NCBI RefSeq assembly: GCF_018350175.1
Contig: NC_058368.1
Coordinates: 185,010,001-185,074,000 of the forward strand
Source: Felis catus
Taxonomy: Eukaryota
Length of the DNA stretch: 64,000 nt
Reading direction: 5' to 3'
Shown here: positions 1 to 12,345 of the stretch, in pieces
Layout: every line of letters starts with the position of its first letter
Position numbering within the stretch: position 1 is the stretch's first letter
The notes under the pieces: generated by a model
What the model saw: the letters and a program-made list of their open reading frames with translations, nothing else
What the model was told of the DNA's origin: nothing
The model's database searches: none
Program-made: the position numbers and the translations under genes

Positions 1-69
1 GGGCAGGCAAAGACTAATGGAGCACATGCTGTCTCTTGTGGTCCCTGCTTTCTCCAGGAACCAGGTTAT

Positions 70-497
70 TGTGCAAAACCAAACTGCATACTGAGCAAAA
101 CAAAGCAGAAAGATGAGTTCATTGCAACAGTTTTGACGTGCAAGCCCTGAAACTCAAGACTATGGAGCAATGAGTTCCAAGTTGCTCAGACTGAAGGACT
201 TTTATAGGGTAAATGCAGAAGTTATCTGGCTTGTTCAGCTGATTGGTTGCCAGGTGGTCTTTTTCCTTATCTGGAATAGGGTGGCTGAGTCAGGGCAACA
301 AGGAAGTCCAGAGATGCTGTAAAGAGCCTTGGTGTTTGGGGTTTGGCTGGCATCCTCTGCTGATCTCTGAGGAGAGTTGTGAATTCCTGTGAGGTGAGGT
401 TAACTTTTGTTCTTTTTTATACACCTGCATTGACCGTCTCCATTTTTCCCCTGACATAAATGACTCCATTTGAGTTTGGCTGTACATTGTCATTGCA
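70..497 (-). mobile_element. Probable ERV-type solo LTR relic
   Basis: Minus strand reads CAAATGGAGTC near its start, then CCAATCAG and CCCTATAAAA (TTTTATAGGG at about 199-208), an LTR-like U3 layout. Boundaries uncertain. Confidence 0.4.
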
Positions 498-1122
498 GGA
501 ACTGGCTCAGAGAGGACCTGCTTCCCTTGCCTCTCACGTCTTATGTTGATCAAGGGCTTCCGGCTGTGTTGGCAGGTGTCACAGAGGAAGGAGGATCACG
601 GATGTGTGAGCGCCACATGACTTAGTCGGGGAAATGGATCAAATCCAGACTGGTGAGTCCTGTGGCTCGGGGTGTAGTACGAATGACATTTCTGGGGATA
701 AGATGATGGGGGCATTTGGTTTGGAGGCTGAGAAGGACCACCTTCAGGATAAAATTAAATCTTGCCTAAGACAGATCATGTGTTTCAAAGTAAGTAGACT
801 GAAGAGTTCTTTCTTGGGTTAAAAATATCACTGTTTATCTTCTTTTCATTTGAAATAGCTTATTTTGCAGTTATTTATGAAAAGATGCTAGGAGGAAACA
901 ACATTTCACAATTAAGTACTTTACAGGATCTGTCAAAGAAGATAGAGAGTATCTTACTAACAAGTGAATGTTTTCAAAAGCCTAGAATTCAACCATTTAG
1001 ATACCATCCTGTGTGCTAGCTATGAAGTAACTGTGATTTTAGCTAAAAAGAAAAGAAAAGAAAAGAACCCTTCAGTGAATAGGAAGTAATAAAGAAATTC
1101 TTTAATGCGAATTGTATTTGCT

Positions 1123-1232
1123 TTATATATATATGTGTATATATATATATAGATATATCTATATATATATATCTATATATATATCTGTGTGTACATAGTA
1201 CGTGTGTAAGTATACACGTGTATTTATATATG
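1123..1232. repeat. (TA)n/(TG)n low-complexity microsatellite
   Basis: Direct reading. Confidence 0.9.
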
Positions 1233-1438
1233 TAAAATTTACAACAGGCAACCTGTGGCAAGTTTGAGAGGGCAGTGACATGTACCAGAGTGGGTGTAAC
1301 TGTTCTTAACCATCTCTTTTTTCCATATTGAAGCCAGTCCCAGAACAATGGCCTAGGTGCCCCAGTGCCAGTAAACACAATCCTTCTGGAACTCTCTGGC
1401 TCCATTTTTGGTAGTGCCACAGGGTGTGGGCTTGGTTT

Positions 1439-1793
1439 TGTTAAAGTAATTACACAAGCTGGCCGTTAGACTGGGGTACCTCTAATGCTTGTTAGCCTGC
1501 TGAGCAAACCAAAACCTGAGCCAGGGCCAATGCACTGGAACCCGAGAAAATCAAACTGAAGAACAATCACAAACAGCCAACCAGGCATTCCCAAATAAGG
1601 CAAGCACTTAAGCTATCACCAATCAAATAATTTCCTTCTTTGCTTCTAGGTCTCCTGTCTAAAAACCTCTCCCCTAGTGCCGGTCAGTGGAGCAACTCCT
1701 AACCACTGACCGTTTGGCAGTGTCTGATTCCAATCAATGTCTGTTCAATTTAAGTTTTGAAAATGTTAAGGTGCCTCAGTTTAGATTTTAACA
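1439..1793 (+). mobile_element. ERV1-class solo LTR (MER57-like)
   Basis: Terminal inverted repeat TGTTAAA...TTTAACA, 4-bp TSD GTTT (1435-1438 and 1794-1797), internal CCAAT boxes. Confidence 0.8.
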
Positions 1794-2202
1794 GTTTTCT
1801 TTCATTGCAACATAGTGGCAAAGAGCATTGGAAGTTGAGGGAGTAAATAGGGAGAACAGGCCTCAGAGTCTGTTTTGGTCTGAGGCTTAGGAGAAAGAAA
1901 GCTTCTACCTGGTTCAACTTGATTACTAGATTTCTGCCTTTGAGATTGGGTTCAAGGCCTGGCTGGTATTAAAGTGTTCCTTTCCTCTCCTGTGTCTGGT
2001 TAAGAGCAATGATAATAGCTATTATAATTCTCCTATTTCTGAGTTTGCTGCCTGTAATAACATCCAATACCTCTTAATATGATTCCAGTTTCTAACACAG
2101 CATAAGATTCACAGCCCTGCACAAGCCAGTGATATCCTACCTTTTGAGTTGATTTATTGGTTCTATCATTAGATTTCTTGGTGTCTTCAGAACACATGAT
2201 TT

Positions 2203-3222
2203 TTCTTATGAATGTATTTTATTGTCAATTGGCTTATATACAACACCCAGTGCTCATCCTAACAAGTGCCCTCCTCAATGCCCATCACCCATTTTATCCT
2301 CTCTCCTCCCCTATTGACCCCCAGTTTGTTCTCTTTTTTTTTTTAACTTTTATTTATTTTTGAGACAGAGAGAGACAGAGCATGAACAGGGGAGGGGCAG
2401 AGAGAGAGGGAGACACAGAATCTGAAACAGGCTCCAGGCTCTGAGCTGTCACCACGGAGCCCGACGCGGGGCTTGAACTCACGGACCGTGAGATCATGAC
2501 CTGAGCCGAAGTTGGACGCTTAACCGACCGAGCCACCCAGGCGCCCCTGTTCTCTGTTTTTAAGAGTCTTTTGTGGTTTGCCTCCCTCCCTCTCTGTAAC
2601 TATTTTTTCCCCCATCCCTTTCCCCATGGTCTTCTGTTAAGTTTCTCAAGATCCACATATGAGTGAAAATGATACCTGTCCTTCTCTGACTTATTTCACC
2701 CAGCATAATACCTTTCAGTTCCATCCATCTTGCTGCAAATGGCATGATTTCATTCTTTCTCATTGCCAAGTAGTATTTCATTGTATACATAAACCTCATT
2801 TTCTATATCCATTCATCAGTTGATGAAAACTTAGGCTCTTTCCATTAATTTCGCTACTGTTGAAAGTGCTGCTATAAACATTGGGGTACAAGTGCCCCTA
2901 TGTATCAGCACTCCTGTATCCCTGGAACCTCCGCACTGCTTTCCAGAGAGGCTGCATCAGTTTGTATTCCCACCAACAGTGCAAGAGCGTTTCCGTTTCT
3001 TCACATCCTCGCCAGCATCTGTTGTTTCCTGTTCATTTTAGCCACTCTCACCGGCGTGAGGTGGTATCTCAGTGTGGCTCTGATTTGTATTTCCCTGATG
3101 ATGAGTGATGTTGAGCATCTTTTCATGTGTGTGTTGGCCATCTGAATGTCTTCTTTGGAAAAGTGTCTATTCATGTCTTCTGCTCATTTATTCACTGGAT
3201 TTTTGTGTATGTGTGTGGGGGA
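2203..3222 (-). mobile_element. 5'-truncated carnivore LINE-1 (ORF2 C-terminus plus 3'UTR), interrupted by a SINE
   Basis: Clear similarity to the L1 at 31.1-32.5 kb; 12-bp TSD AACACATGATTT at 2191-2202 and 3223-3234. Confidence 0.92.
2335..2547 (-). mobile_element. Can-SINE (feline SINEC) nested in L1
   Basis: GGGGCGCCTGGGTGGCTC head on minus strand, CT tract, A tail; TSD TGTTCTCT. Confidence 0.95.
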
Positions 3223-3304
3223 AACACATGATTTAATGAGATTATACCTTTGTGCTTTCCATTTTCATTGACTAGCAGCTTACTTTCAATTCACCCTTCA
3301 AAGC

Positions 3305-3970
3305 TGTTTTAGTTTCCTGGGGCCACCGTTACAAATTATCACACATTTGGTGACTTAACACAACAGAAATTTATGCTGTCACACAGTTCTGGAGGCCAGA
3401 AGTCCAAAATTAAGATGTTGGCAGAATTGGTTCCTTTTGGAGACTTTGAGCCCCTCTCCCAGCTTCTGGTGGGGGCCAGAAATCCTTGGCATTCCTTGCC
3501 CTGTCACTCCAGCTTCTTCCTCGATCCTCACGTGACCTTTTCCTCATTTCTTCTCTTCTCAAGTCTCCCTCTTCTTTTAATGTTTATTTATTTTTGAGAG
3601 ACAGAGAGAGACAGAGCATGAGCAGGGGAGGGGCAGAGAGAGGGAGAGACACAGAGTCCGAAGCAGGCTCCAGGCTCTGAGCTGTCAGCACAGAGCCTGA
3701 TGCAGGGCTCGGACCCACGAACCGTGAGATCATGACCTGAGCTGAAGTCGGATGCTCAACCAACTGAGCCACCCACCCTCCCTCTCCTTTCTTTTAGAAG
3801 AATACTACTAGTCATTGAATTTAGGGCCCACTCTAAATCCAGGGTGATCTCATCATAAGATCCTTAATTACATCTGCATAGACCCCTTTTCCAAATGATA
3901 TCACATTCACAGAAACTGGATGTTAGGACTTAAATATATCTCTTGGGGGGGCATTATTCAACTGATTACA
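3305..3970 (-). mobile_element. MaLR LTR (MLT1B/C-like), interrupted by a SINE
   Basis: Typical MLT1 motifs (cacagttctggaggccagaagtccaaaat; ttagggcccac; TG...CA ends). Confidence 0.85.
3575..3775 (-). mobile_element. Can-SINE, slightly 5'-truncated
   Basis: SINEC body with the first ~9 nt missing. Confidence 0.93.
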
Positions 3971-4379
3971 ATGGCTTAACTCACTTTTCTTGCTGAAGGC
4001 TTTCCAGAATGGTCCACACTATTTCTACCTCCCCTGTGATCCTGTGGCACTATTCTAATTGTTTGTGGGCTTGTAACGCATGAGAGATTAGGTGCTCCTT
4101 AGATTTGGTGTTCCTAGCTCAGTGCCTGACCGAGGTCATAAGACCTCAGTGTGTTGGTTGAACTTAAACAAAGCATTGCTCACGTCACATTGTTATTCTA
4201 AGGCTGACTTACAACAGCAATAGGTTATTCAGACCAGAGCTACTCACAATTCACTTTGAAATCAATGAGCTTCTTCCAAGGCCAGATAACGTCTGAGTGA
4301 GAAAATATCTTACTCATCACTACTCATCTTTTTTATGTCTTATGTATGGTGCCAAGTGGAGAAGGCAACTGTTCATGTG

Positions 4380-5260
4380 ATACTTATTCATTCAACAAAT
4401 ACTGGACACCTGTTCTGAGCCAGGCCCTGCCCTAGGCATTTGAGATACAATATGCATATGATAAAAAGTAGCCAGCACCTGGACAAGGATGGAGACATGT
4501 GAGCACTCAACTTACATTATATTATAGTAATGACTTGGGTGCTGAGGGAGGTGCGGGGTGCTGTGAAATTCCTAACATGAGCCTGGAATCTAGACTGGGG
4601 GACAGGGAAATTATCTGGGAAGAAGTGATTAACATAAATAAGGAGCAGTGAGGACTTGTCATGGTAAGGCGGTAGGGCTGAATGCTTCCAGGAGAGGCAT
4701 GTGCAAAACTGTGGCAGTGAGAGGGAAGGTATGACATGTTTGGCAAATGGTTGAAGATGGCAGGGGCAGTGGTTCTTAAACGTCGGCTGCATCAGAATCT
4801 CCTGGAGATTTGTTAAATGTAGACAGCTGCGACTTACCCCAAACGTTCTGTATCAGCAGGCCTAAGAAGGCTGAAGAATTTGCATTTCTAACAAGTTGTC
4901 AGGTGATGCTGATCCTGCTCATTTGGGGACCACACTTTGAGGACCACTAGGCTAGAAGGAGCACAATGAGTAACGTGCAGAACTGGGTAGAGTGGGATGG
5001 ACATAAAGTAGGGGCTAGATTATAAAAGGTCTTGAAGGATATGTTTGAATTGGGTCCTGAGGCCCATTGGAAGCCTTTGATGGGGCTGGATAGTGATACG
5101 CTTTTGATGACTTAAGTCTATATATGAAGAATCTGCTAGAGGGGGCAAAACTGAGGGAGACTGTTGCAGGAGTAGAGGAGAGAGGCAGCGGTCACTAGTG
5201 CAGAGGTGGTTGTGGGGATGGAGAGAATGGATGGATTTCAGAAGTATAGGAAATAGCATA
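4380..5260. mobile_element. L2 LINE relic
   Basis: ttattcattcaacaaat L2 3' motif followed by purine-rich L2 body. Confidence 0.7.
4767..4949. mobile_element. MER5A-like hAT-Charlie MITE nested in L2
   Basis: CAGTGGTTCTTAAA...TTTGAGGACCACTA termini; gaatttgcatttctaacaag core. Confidence 0.85.
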
Positions 5261-5319
5261 AGAAAGTCTGTAAAGGAGCTCCTTTAAAAAGTGAAATTCT
5301 GTCATTAGAAGTGGGGACT

Positions 5320-5470
5320 AAACTGTTATCCCCCAGACCGATGGCATTGTATCATCTGGGAACTCGTTAGAAATCCATGTTTCCAAAAGTGTAGCAATGG
5401 GGTCCATTATTCTGTAATTTAAAAAGCCCTCAGGATGATTCTGATACCTACCATAGTTTGAGAGCCACTG
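5320..5470. mobile_element. MER5-like MITE
   Basis: ctcgttagaaat...ctcaggatgattctgat...tttgagagccactg. Confidence 0.7.
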
Positions 5471-5876
5471 CCTTGAAGCAATTGTGTCCTTAACTGAATG
5501 CAGAATAAAACGAAATGCAAAATAGAAGAAAATCCAAATTAAATAAAAATTAAAGTGCTCATATCTTATGGAATGACCTTGCATTAGGAAATTTTAGAAA
5601 TAACAGTGTAAATTACTCAGTCTTTTCAAGGTGATAGATGGCTGACCTAGGTTTTGACAGGATGGTGGGGCCAAGACCTTTGGAAATGTGGGGCACAGAG
5701 TTGAAGAGAACTCAAGGAAAATGTGTCAGTAGCTTTACTTCTGTGCTCAAGGAAGCTGGCACTTTGCTGCCAATCAAGTCTTGTGTGGAGGAGTTATTTT
5801 TTTACATTAGAAGTTCCTTTGGAAGGATTCATAGCTCTGGTTCTTAAATACAAGGGCTTGGTGTTCATTCATTCAA

Positions 5877-5891
5877 CCACTAGATGGCAGC
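5877..5891 (+). promoter_or_regulatory. CTCF core motif
   Basis: CCACTAGATGGCAGC matches the CCASYAGRKGGCRS consensus in non-repetitive DNA. Confidence 0.65.
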
Positions 5892-6124
5892 CTCGGGCCA
5901 CTTTTCAAGCACTCAGAAAAATCTAAATTTAGGAGGAAAAAAAAAAAAAAAAGCCAAGAGTTTGGAAAGGATGCCAGCTCATTCGTTTCTATCTGGCTCG
6001 TGGTTTTGACATTCTATTCCTTTGGACTTCTTCCATTAATTATGACACTCAAAGTTTTTTGTTCACTGAGAGGCAGAGAGCCAAAGCTTTAATTAAACCC
6101 GTGGGGGCACTGCCTCGGTAACCA

Positions 6125-6300
6125 CCACGCGCCAGGCACTCTACATAAATTGTTTCATTTCATTCTCATAACATCCTTATGAACTAAGTATTATTACCTC
6201 TCATTTTACATTGGAGAAAACTGCGGGTCAGAGAAGTTTAGCAATTAGCCCAAGACCACCCAGCCTAAAGGTAGAACTGAGTTTGGAGCCCAGGTTAGCT
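6125..6300 (-). mobile_element. MIR
   Basis: cattttacattggagaaaactg...cagagaagttta core. Confidence 0.75.
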
Positions 6301-7534
6301 TAACTGGATGGTAAACCATTCTCACTAAATCCTTGAGAATTAGTAGGTTTTTTGCAATCTCAGTAAATTACAGCTAGATTGAGCTCCAAGTTTTCTAAGA
6401 TAGGAATCACACATAAGGTTTTAAAATAACTGTTCTCCATATTCCAACATTAGAAGTTTCATTGAAAAGAAGAAAAAAAAGAAGTTTCACTGGTTTTATT
6501 TGTGGGATGGCATTTGAGTCTTTTCTAGATTTATTATAGAAAAGAAATCAGTTTAGTTAGGATTTAGAAATAAAAATTTCTGATTCCAACTGGATGTTAT
6601 AATTCTGACCCTTTTGCTTCAAAAATAATAGAAATTTAGGTATGATTTTCTTATGGCATGCATCCCTTTCTACTCTGTACTATATTTGTGTTCACAATAA
6701 AATAATCTACTTCCCTGTGAGTCCAGGAAGATAGGATCCATGTCTGAGTCATTTCTTTATATTCTTGCCTTATATTGCTTTTATTGAGTTTGTGTGTAAC
6801 CAGAATGCATCTAATAAGGGCAGAGAAAAAATAAATGTACAATAATCCATATGAACAAAGTACCAAACTTTTTTGTAAAGACAGGATCTGTTAAATGCCT
6901 TGCTAAGCCAACTTGGAGCCTGAGGCAAAAGCAGCTTTTTGGTGCCTCCTTAAATTTTGCAGTCAAGATGGGTGCCTCATTTACCCTAGTCCCAGCTCTG
7001 GAAATCCTCTTAAGTGCTTGTTCAGAAAGGTTTTCTCAACATATAGCCAATAAAAAATTATTGAGGGGCTACTATGTGCCAATCATGATGCCCAACTTGC
7101 CAAATGAAATGGGGAGTAAAAATGGACCTAACTTTTGCTCTCATGGAGCATATGCAATATACTACTCATAGGTGGAAAGCATTATTATGTAGTAATTGAC
7201 TATTAGTCACTCACTCCTTTGTTATAAACAGGAAAAATAGGTGGCAAACTGAACCAGGTAATGGCAATTTAGTGGAGCCCTATTTTTTTTTCTGAATTTT
7301 ATAACTTCTGAGTATAATTTATAGATTGAGATCAGACAGCATTCCAAAAGACGGTTATTATCTGTTGAAATAAACTGTTGTCCTTAAGTTTTCTTCTCTC
7401 ATTAGTATTCTGACCAGGAAGATGAACACATTATCATAATTAAGGACGCCCTACATTGCTTTTCAGTTTCATCATGGTGATGAGCATGAATTTGGGGATG
7501 GTCAGACTTGAGTCTGTGAGTTTTTAAGAACAAC

Positions 7535-7915
7535 TGGTATCATAATGCTGGGGTTTGCCTCCCAGCTCAGCCATCTGCTGGTTGGGTAACTTTGGAGAAC
7601 TTATTTAACATCTCTGTGCTCCTGATTCCTTATTGGTAGAAGGAAGATAATAAGAGTAAATAAACTAATCCGTGGAAGGTGCTTGGAACAATTCTTGGCT
7701 CACAGTAAGTGCTTAATATATATGTGAGCTTCTACTAGTTATAGTGGCAATAATTCATCACCTGGATCTTGTCATTACTTGCCTTATGTAAGCTTCAGTT
7801 ACCTCAACTGGAAAATGGAAAAAAAAAATATTATCTACATCATGAGGCTCTTGTGATGACTAAGTGATAGCATAAATGGAAATCACTCTGCTGGACATGT
7901 AAGTACTCAAAAAAA
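7535..7915 (+). mobile_element. Two adjacent MIR fragments
   Basis: ttatttaacatctctgtgct and cttcagtttacctcaactggaaaatgg cores. Confidence 0.65.
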
Positions 7916-8141
7916 TTGACCTTTTTTTTCAATGTCTCCTTAAACAAAGACTCTCCAAAATCCAATAGGAACTATAGATTATTCATGTTGTATACTTGAT
8001 GTTGTTTCATAGCATCTAGGACGTAATAGGAATTCAGTAAATGTTTGATGAAAACATGTGGAAATGTATACATATTAGAATCATAAAAGCCCTTAGGTAG
8101 CTGAAGTGCGCATGTAATTGTGAAGTAAATAAAGGTTATTT

Positions 8142-8144
<3 letters not shown>

Positions 8145-8183
<39 letters not shown>

Positions 8184-8202
8184 ACAGACAGAGAGAGAGA
8201 GA
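8145..8202. repeat. (GT)n then (GA)n microsatellite
   Basis: Direct reading. Confidence 0.95.
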
Positions 8203-8238
8203 GGGAGGAGGGAGTGAGATTATACCTATCTAGGAAAG

Positions 8239-8588
8239 TACTATGGTCTGATGTTCGTGTCCTCCCACATTCACATGTTGAAATCCCAGTGCCCCATGTG
8301 ATGGTATCAGATGGGGCCTTTGGGATTAGGTGACAAGGGCTCTGCTCTCAGGAGTGAGATCCATGCCCCTATAAAAGAAGGTCTAGAGAGCTAACTCACC
8401 CCTTCTACCTTGTGTGGACACAGTGAGAAGCTGGCAGTCTAACCTGGAATAGGGCCTTCCCCAGAACCTGACCATGGGGGTAACCTATCTTGGACCTTCA
8501 GTCTCCAGAACTATGAGAAACTAATTTCTATGATTGATAAGGCACCAGTGTGTGGTGTTTGCGACAGCAGCTTGAATGGGCTAACACC
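8239..8588 (+). mobile_element. MaLR LTR (MLT1A-like)
   Basis: tactatggtctgatgttcgtgtcc start, cctataaaag TATA, ctccagaactatgagaaa and gcagcttgaatgggctaa end. Confidence 0.85.
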
Positions 8589-9269
8589 AAGGTAGATGAG
8601 GAACTCTGCTGAATCCTAGTGAACCTTTTTGTGCTTCCCTTTCTTGTGTTTACAAAAGATGCAAAAGGAAGCTTCAAGAAGATAATGCAGACTTTTGCAA
8701 GTTCAAAAGGATATTTCCAGTTTTATGGCTATCAGTTTCCCTGACAAATGACCCAAGTCAAGTGGAGTTATTCAGATAGCTACCAGGATAGAGTAGTTCA
8801 CTGGAGAAACGTGAAACCAAGCAGCACCCGATAGTGGTATTTTCCCCCCTCTTCTTGATTGTGTTCTCAGCTTGGCTCACCCTTTTATTTTCTTTCCATA
8901 TCTTTTTGAAAAGTTGGAGGAAAAAGAGGTCAATCAATATTTACGTTGAAGATTAAAAGCTGTAGCTTTCTTAGCATACATCTTTTAAGCTGATGCCGTC
9001 GATATGAGGATGCCTGGACACCCCAACCCTTGCCATATCCAGAAAGGTTTTGTCTGCATAACACTGCCAATTAAATCTTATTGAATATCTGACAATGAGA
9101 GAGCATCAGTTTAGGTTTGGAGAGTTCAGGCTGTAGTGTTTTTATATCATAATCTCAGGATTATTGGTCCACTGAAAAAAAGAAAAATTCCATTCTCTTA
9201 GAATTTTACCTGGGCCTGTTAAATAATCAGTCAGATTAAATTATCCCCTTAAGAGAAGAAGTGACCGTA

Positions 9270-9505
9270 GTCTGGAAGGTAGGAGTGTGAGCTCTTTGGT
9301 CGGCTTCTTGGCTTTTAATGTGGCTTGCACTGTTTGCCAGCTGTCAGATTTTACAGCTTGCTTAGACTTTAAGTGTCAGTTCTCTCATTTATAGGATGGA
9401 GAGAGTATCTGCTTCATAGTGCTGCTGTAGAAATTAAATGAAGTAATGTATGTAAAGCACAGTGTTGGCATATTACATGTGCTCGATAAATATTAATTAT
9501 TGTCA
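9270..9505 (+). mobile_element. MIR
   Basis: tcagttctctcatttataggatgg...aattaaatgaagtaatgtatgtaaagcac. Confidence 0.75.
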
Positions 9506-10683
9506 TTGCGATTCAGCTGATTGGGCATCAGAGGGCTGCAGCCACTTATGAAGTCACTTCTGAAAGGGGAAAAGTCAGAGCATACATTTTTTCCAAGGTC
9601 GCTATTTTGCAAGCTTTAATATTAATACACTCAATTCAAGGGATGAGCTTCTGAAAAATTGGATAGCTGAAGAGGAAAATTACCTAATCACCAATGTGAT
9701 TTAAAAAGGTTGCTTCAAATGACACCGAATGCTAATAACAAACTGTTTGGAAATGAGAATATGGATATCCCATGCCCTGGCTTATTTTGTCTTCTCATTT
9801 ACACCCCACATACACTTTCTCAGAAAGTATTGATAACTGTGAGCCCTTTCACTGTACGTATATATAAGAAAGTATAGTGTGCAACCTGTTTCTTTGAAAC
9901 CAGTTATGACAATTTTAACAAAAGATTCTGGGGTATCAGAAGTTTCCAAATTGTCGAAAACAAAAGAAACATAAATTTAAGGTAAAATATTTGAATATAG
10001 TCACTTTCACCACCAAATGAAGGTGCATGAATATTTGGTTTAGGTTGAGGAAATAGATACATTTCTGGCTACTGTATATAATATAAACTAAATTGAGGAC
10101 TGATGATTGTGAGTACCTACTATTTGGTGGATTCTGTCTTTAGGTCTGTCAAAATTATCTCATCTCCATTAAGTCTTTCACCGAATAGGGTCAACAGACT
10201 ATTCATTTCTCTATTCCATAGATCAAACATTATGTATTTTGTTTTTATGCACAATTGCAGTTTAATCTGCCGGTGGTTTTACTGTAGAGGAACGATTACC
10301 TATGGAGAGTGATCAGTTCTAAATCTGACTTTTGAATGGATCAGGCACATGCAAGAGTGATTTATCTACTAAGAGATTAGGGTTTATGGGCTTTTTTTAA
10401 AGGGCTATGTTTGAGACCTGAAAAAAAAAATTCTTTTAATTGGCTCAAAAATACAATAAAAAGCTAAAAAATCATAATGGAATAAATGTTGAACCAGATA
10501 TTCACAAAACACAATATTTTGTCAATTATAATAATTCTGAAATGTATGTCATAGAATTTCACTCAATTTGACAACCTTTTTTAGATTAATTTTCTCACCT
10601 CATAGGAATTTGCGATGATTACTGATATAAATTTGATATAGTTTGATGAAATTTATAAAATGCTTAAGAATGTTTTTGTAGCT

Positions 10684-10914
10684 GGGGCGCCTGGATGTCT
10701 CAGTTGGTTAAGTGACCGACTTTGGCTCAGGTCATGATCTTGGGGTTCGTGAATTCGAGCCCTGCCTTGGGTTCTGTGCTGACAGCTCAGAGCCTGGAGC
10801 CTGCTTCAGATTCTGTGTCTCCTTCTCTCTCTGCCCCTCCCCTGCTCATGCTCTGTCTCTGTCTCTTTCTCTCTCAAAAAGATAAAAAAAAAGACATTTA
10901 AATAAATTTTAAAA
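10684..10914 (+). mobile_element. Can-SINE
   Basis: Full SINEC; degenerate TSD aatgttt(t/a)t(g/a)tagc. Confidence 0.95.
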
Positions 10915-10944
10915 AAGGAATGTTTATATAGCAAAAATTACTTT

Positions 10945-11172
10945 CATTTTTAAGAAAACTTTTTAAAAATATTTATTTATTTTTCAGAGAGAGAAACAGA
11001 GACAGAGCATGAGCATGGGAGGGGCAGAGAGAGGTTGACACAGAATCTGAAGCAGGCTCCAGCCTCTGAGCTGTCAGCGCAGAGCCTGACATGGGGTTGG
11101 AACTCAACGAACTGCGAGATCTTGACCTGAGCCGAAGTTGGAACTCAACCGACTCAGCCACCCAGGTGCCCC
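10945..11172 (-). mobile_element. Can-SINE
   Basis: Full SINEC; TSD CAAAAATTACTTT (10932-10944, 11174-11186). Confidence 0.95.
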
Positions 11173-11944
11173 ACAAAAATTACTTTTAATGAGGCATGTG
11201 GGGTATATTTTCATTTGATTCATTTATATGATGTGAGGAAGAAAACTCTAGATGTAAGAGTAATACGGCCTTGTGGTAGTTTCAAAATACCTGGGCCGGC
11301 TTTTATTTTTAGCTTGCTATCTCTTTCTACATGGCCAATATGGTAGTGGTTAAGCAGTATGACAGGATTACGGACTAAAAGCTAACAGCAAGCTCCATTT
11401 GTGCCTGTCCCATCATTAAGTCAACAGAAAATAAGCAAGGTAGTTGCTTTTCAGTCAGTATTGTTAGCTGCGTACTGTACTGCTGTAATGGTCTGTCAGC
11501 TCTGATTCACTCGTATAGAAAGATTAGAAGAGGGAGAAATGCCTTTTTAATCATTGTCCTGGGAATCGACATGCTCTTTCTCTGTAACCAAACAAGAACG
11601 ATCTAAAGTGCAAGTGCTCATCTCTTGAATCGCAGATGAGGCTCCATTTTCAAAAGAAACACAAAACTCTCCAGTGCAATCACCAAGCTTGATTTTTAGG
11701 AGCCTTAACGTTCACCTGGGATCAAGCTGAAGCCTCAGGGTGGGACTTAAAGCCTTCAAAATCCACCACCGTGCTAAACTTGCACCCTGGAATGCTTTAA
11801 TTAGTTGATTCATTTTTTAAATAATGAGGAAAGAAAACCAAGTGCACTGAGTTCACAGTTTCTAACTCTGTAACTGAAGACAAATAGGAGTCGGTTCATG
11901 AATTCCTGACACTAGATCAGAAATTCACTCTGTGTTCTTGCTTT

Positions 11945-12345
11945 GCATTCTTTTGCTCACTTTTCCAACGAATATGTATTAGGCTTTCCTAGCTGCTGGG
12001 AACAAGGCTAGGCCCTAGGCATGTAGCAGAGAATAGGTCAGATAAGTAATGTTTTCCTATAGCTCATGTAAACGACACCATCTGGTCATTCTGAGTGGAA
12101 CGGGAACAATTGAAGAAGTTACAGGGTTGTTGGATAGTAAGTAACTGGCGTTTACAAAGGAAAGTCTGTGATGTTCTCTGGGAGAAAGTGGAGCTTGAAC
12201 CAAGAACTGAAAGAAGAATGAGCCAACTAATTGACTCGGTGGGGAAGAGTGATGCAGGGAGAGGAACAACAAGTGTGAAGGTTTAGAGGGGGAAAGAGAT
12301 GCTCTGTCTTTCATGAATGACACAGCAAGGAAGGAGCCAGGGGAA
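11945..12345. mobile_element. L2 relic
   Basis: L2-like 3' region and purine-rich body. Confidence 0.55.
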
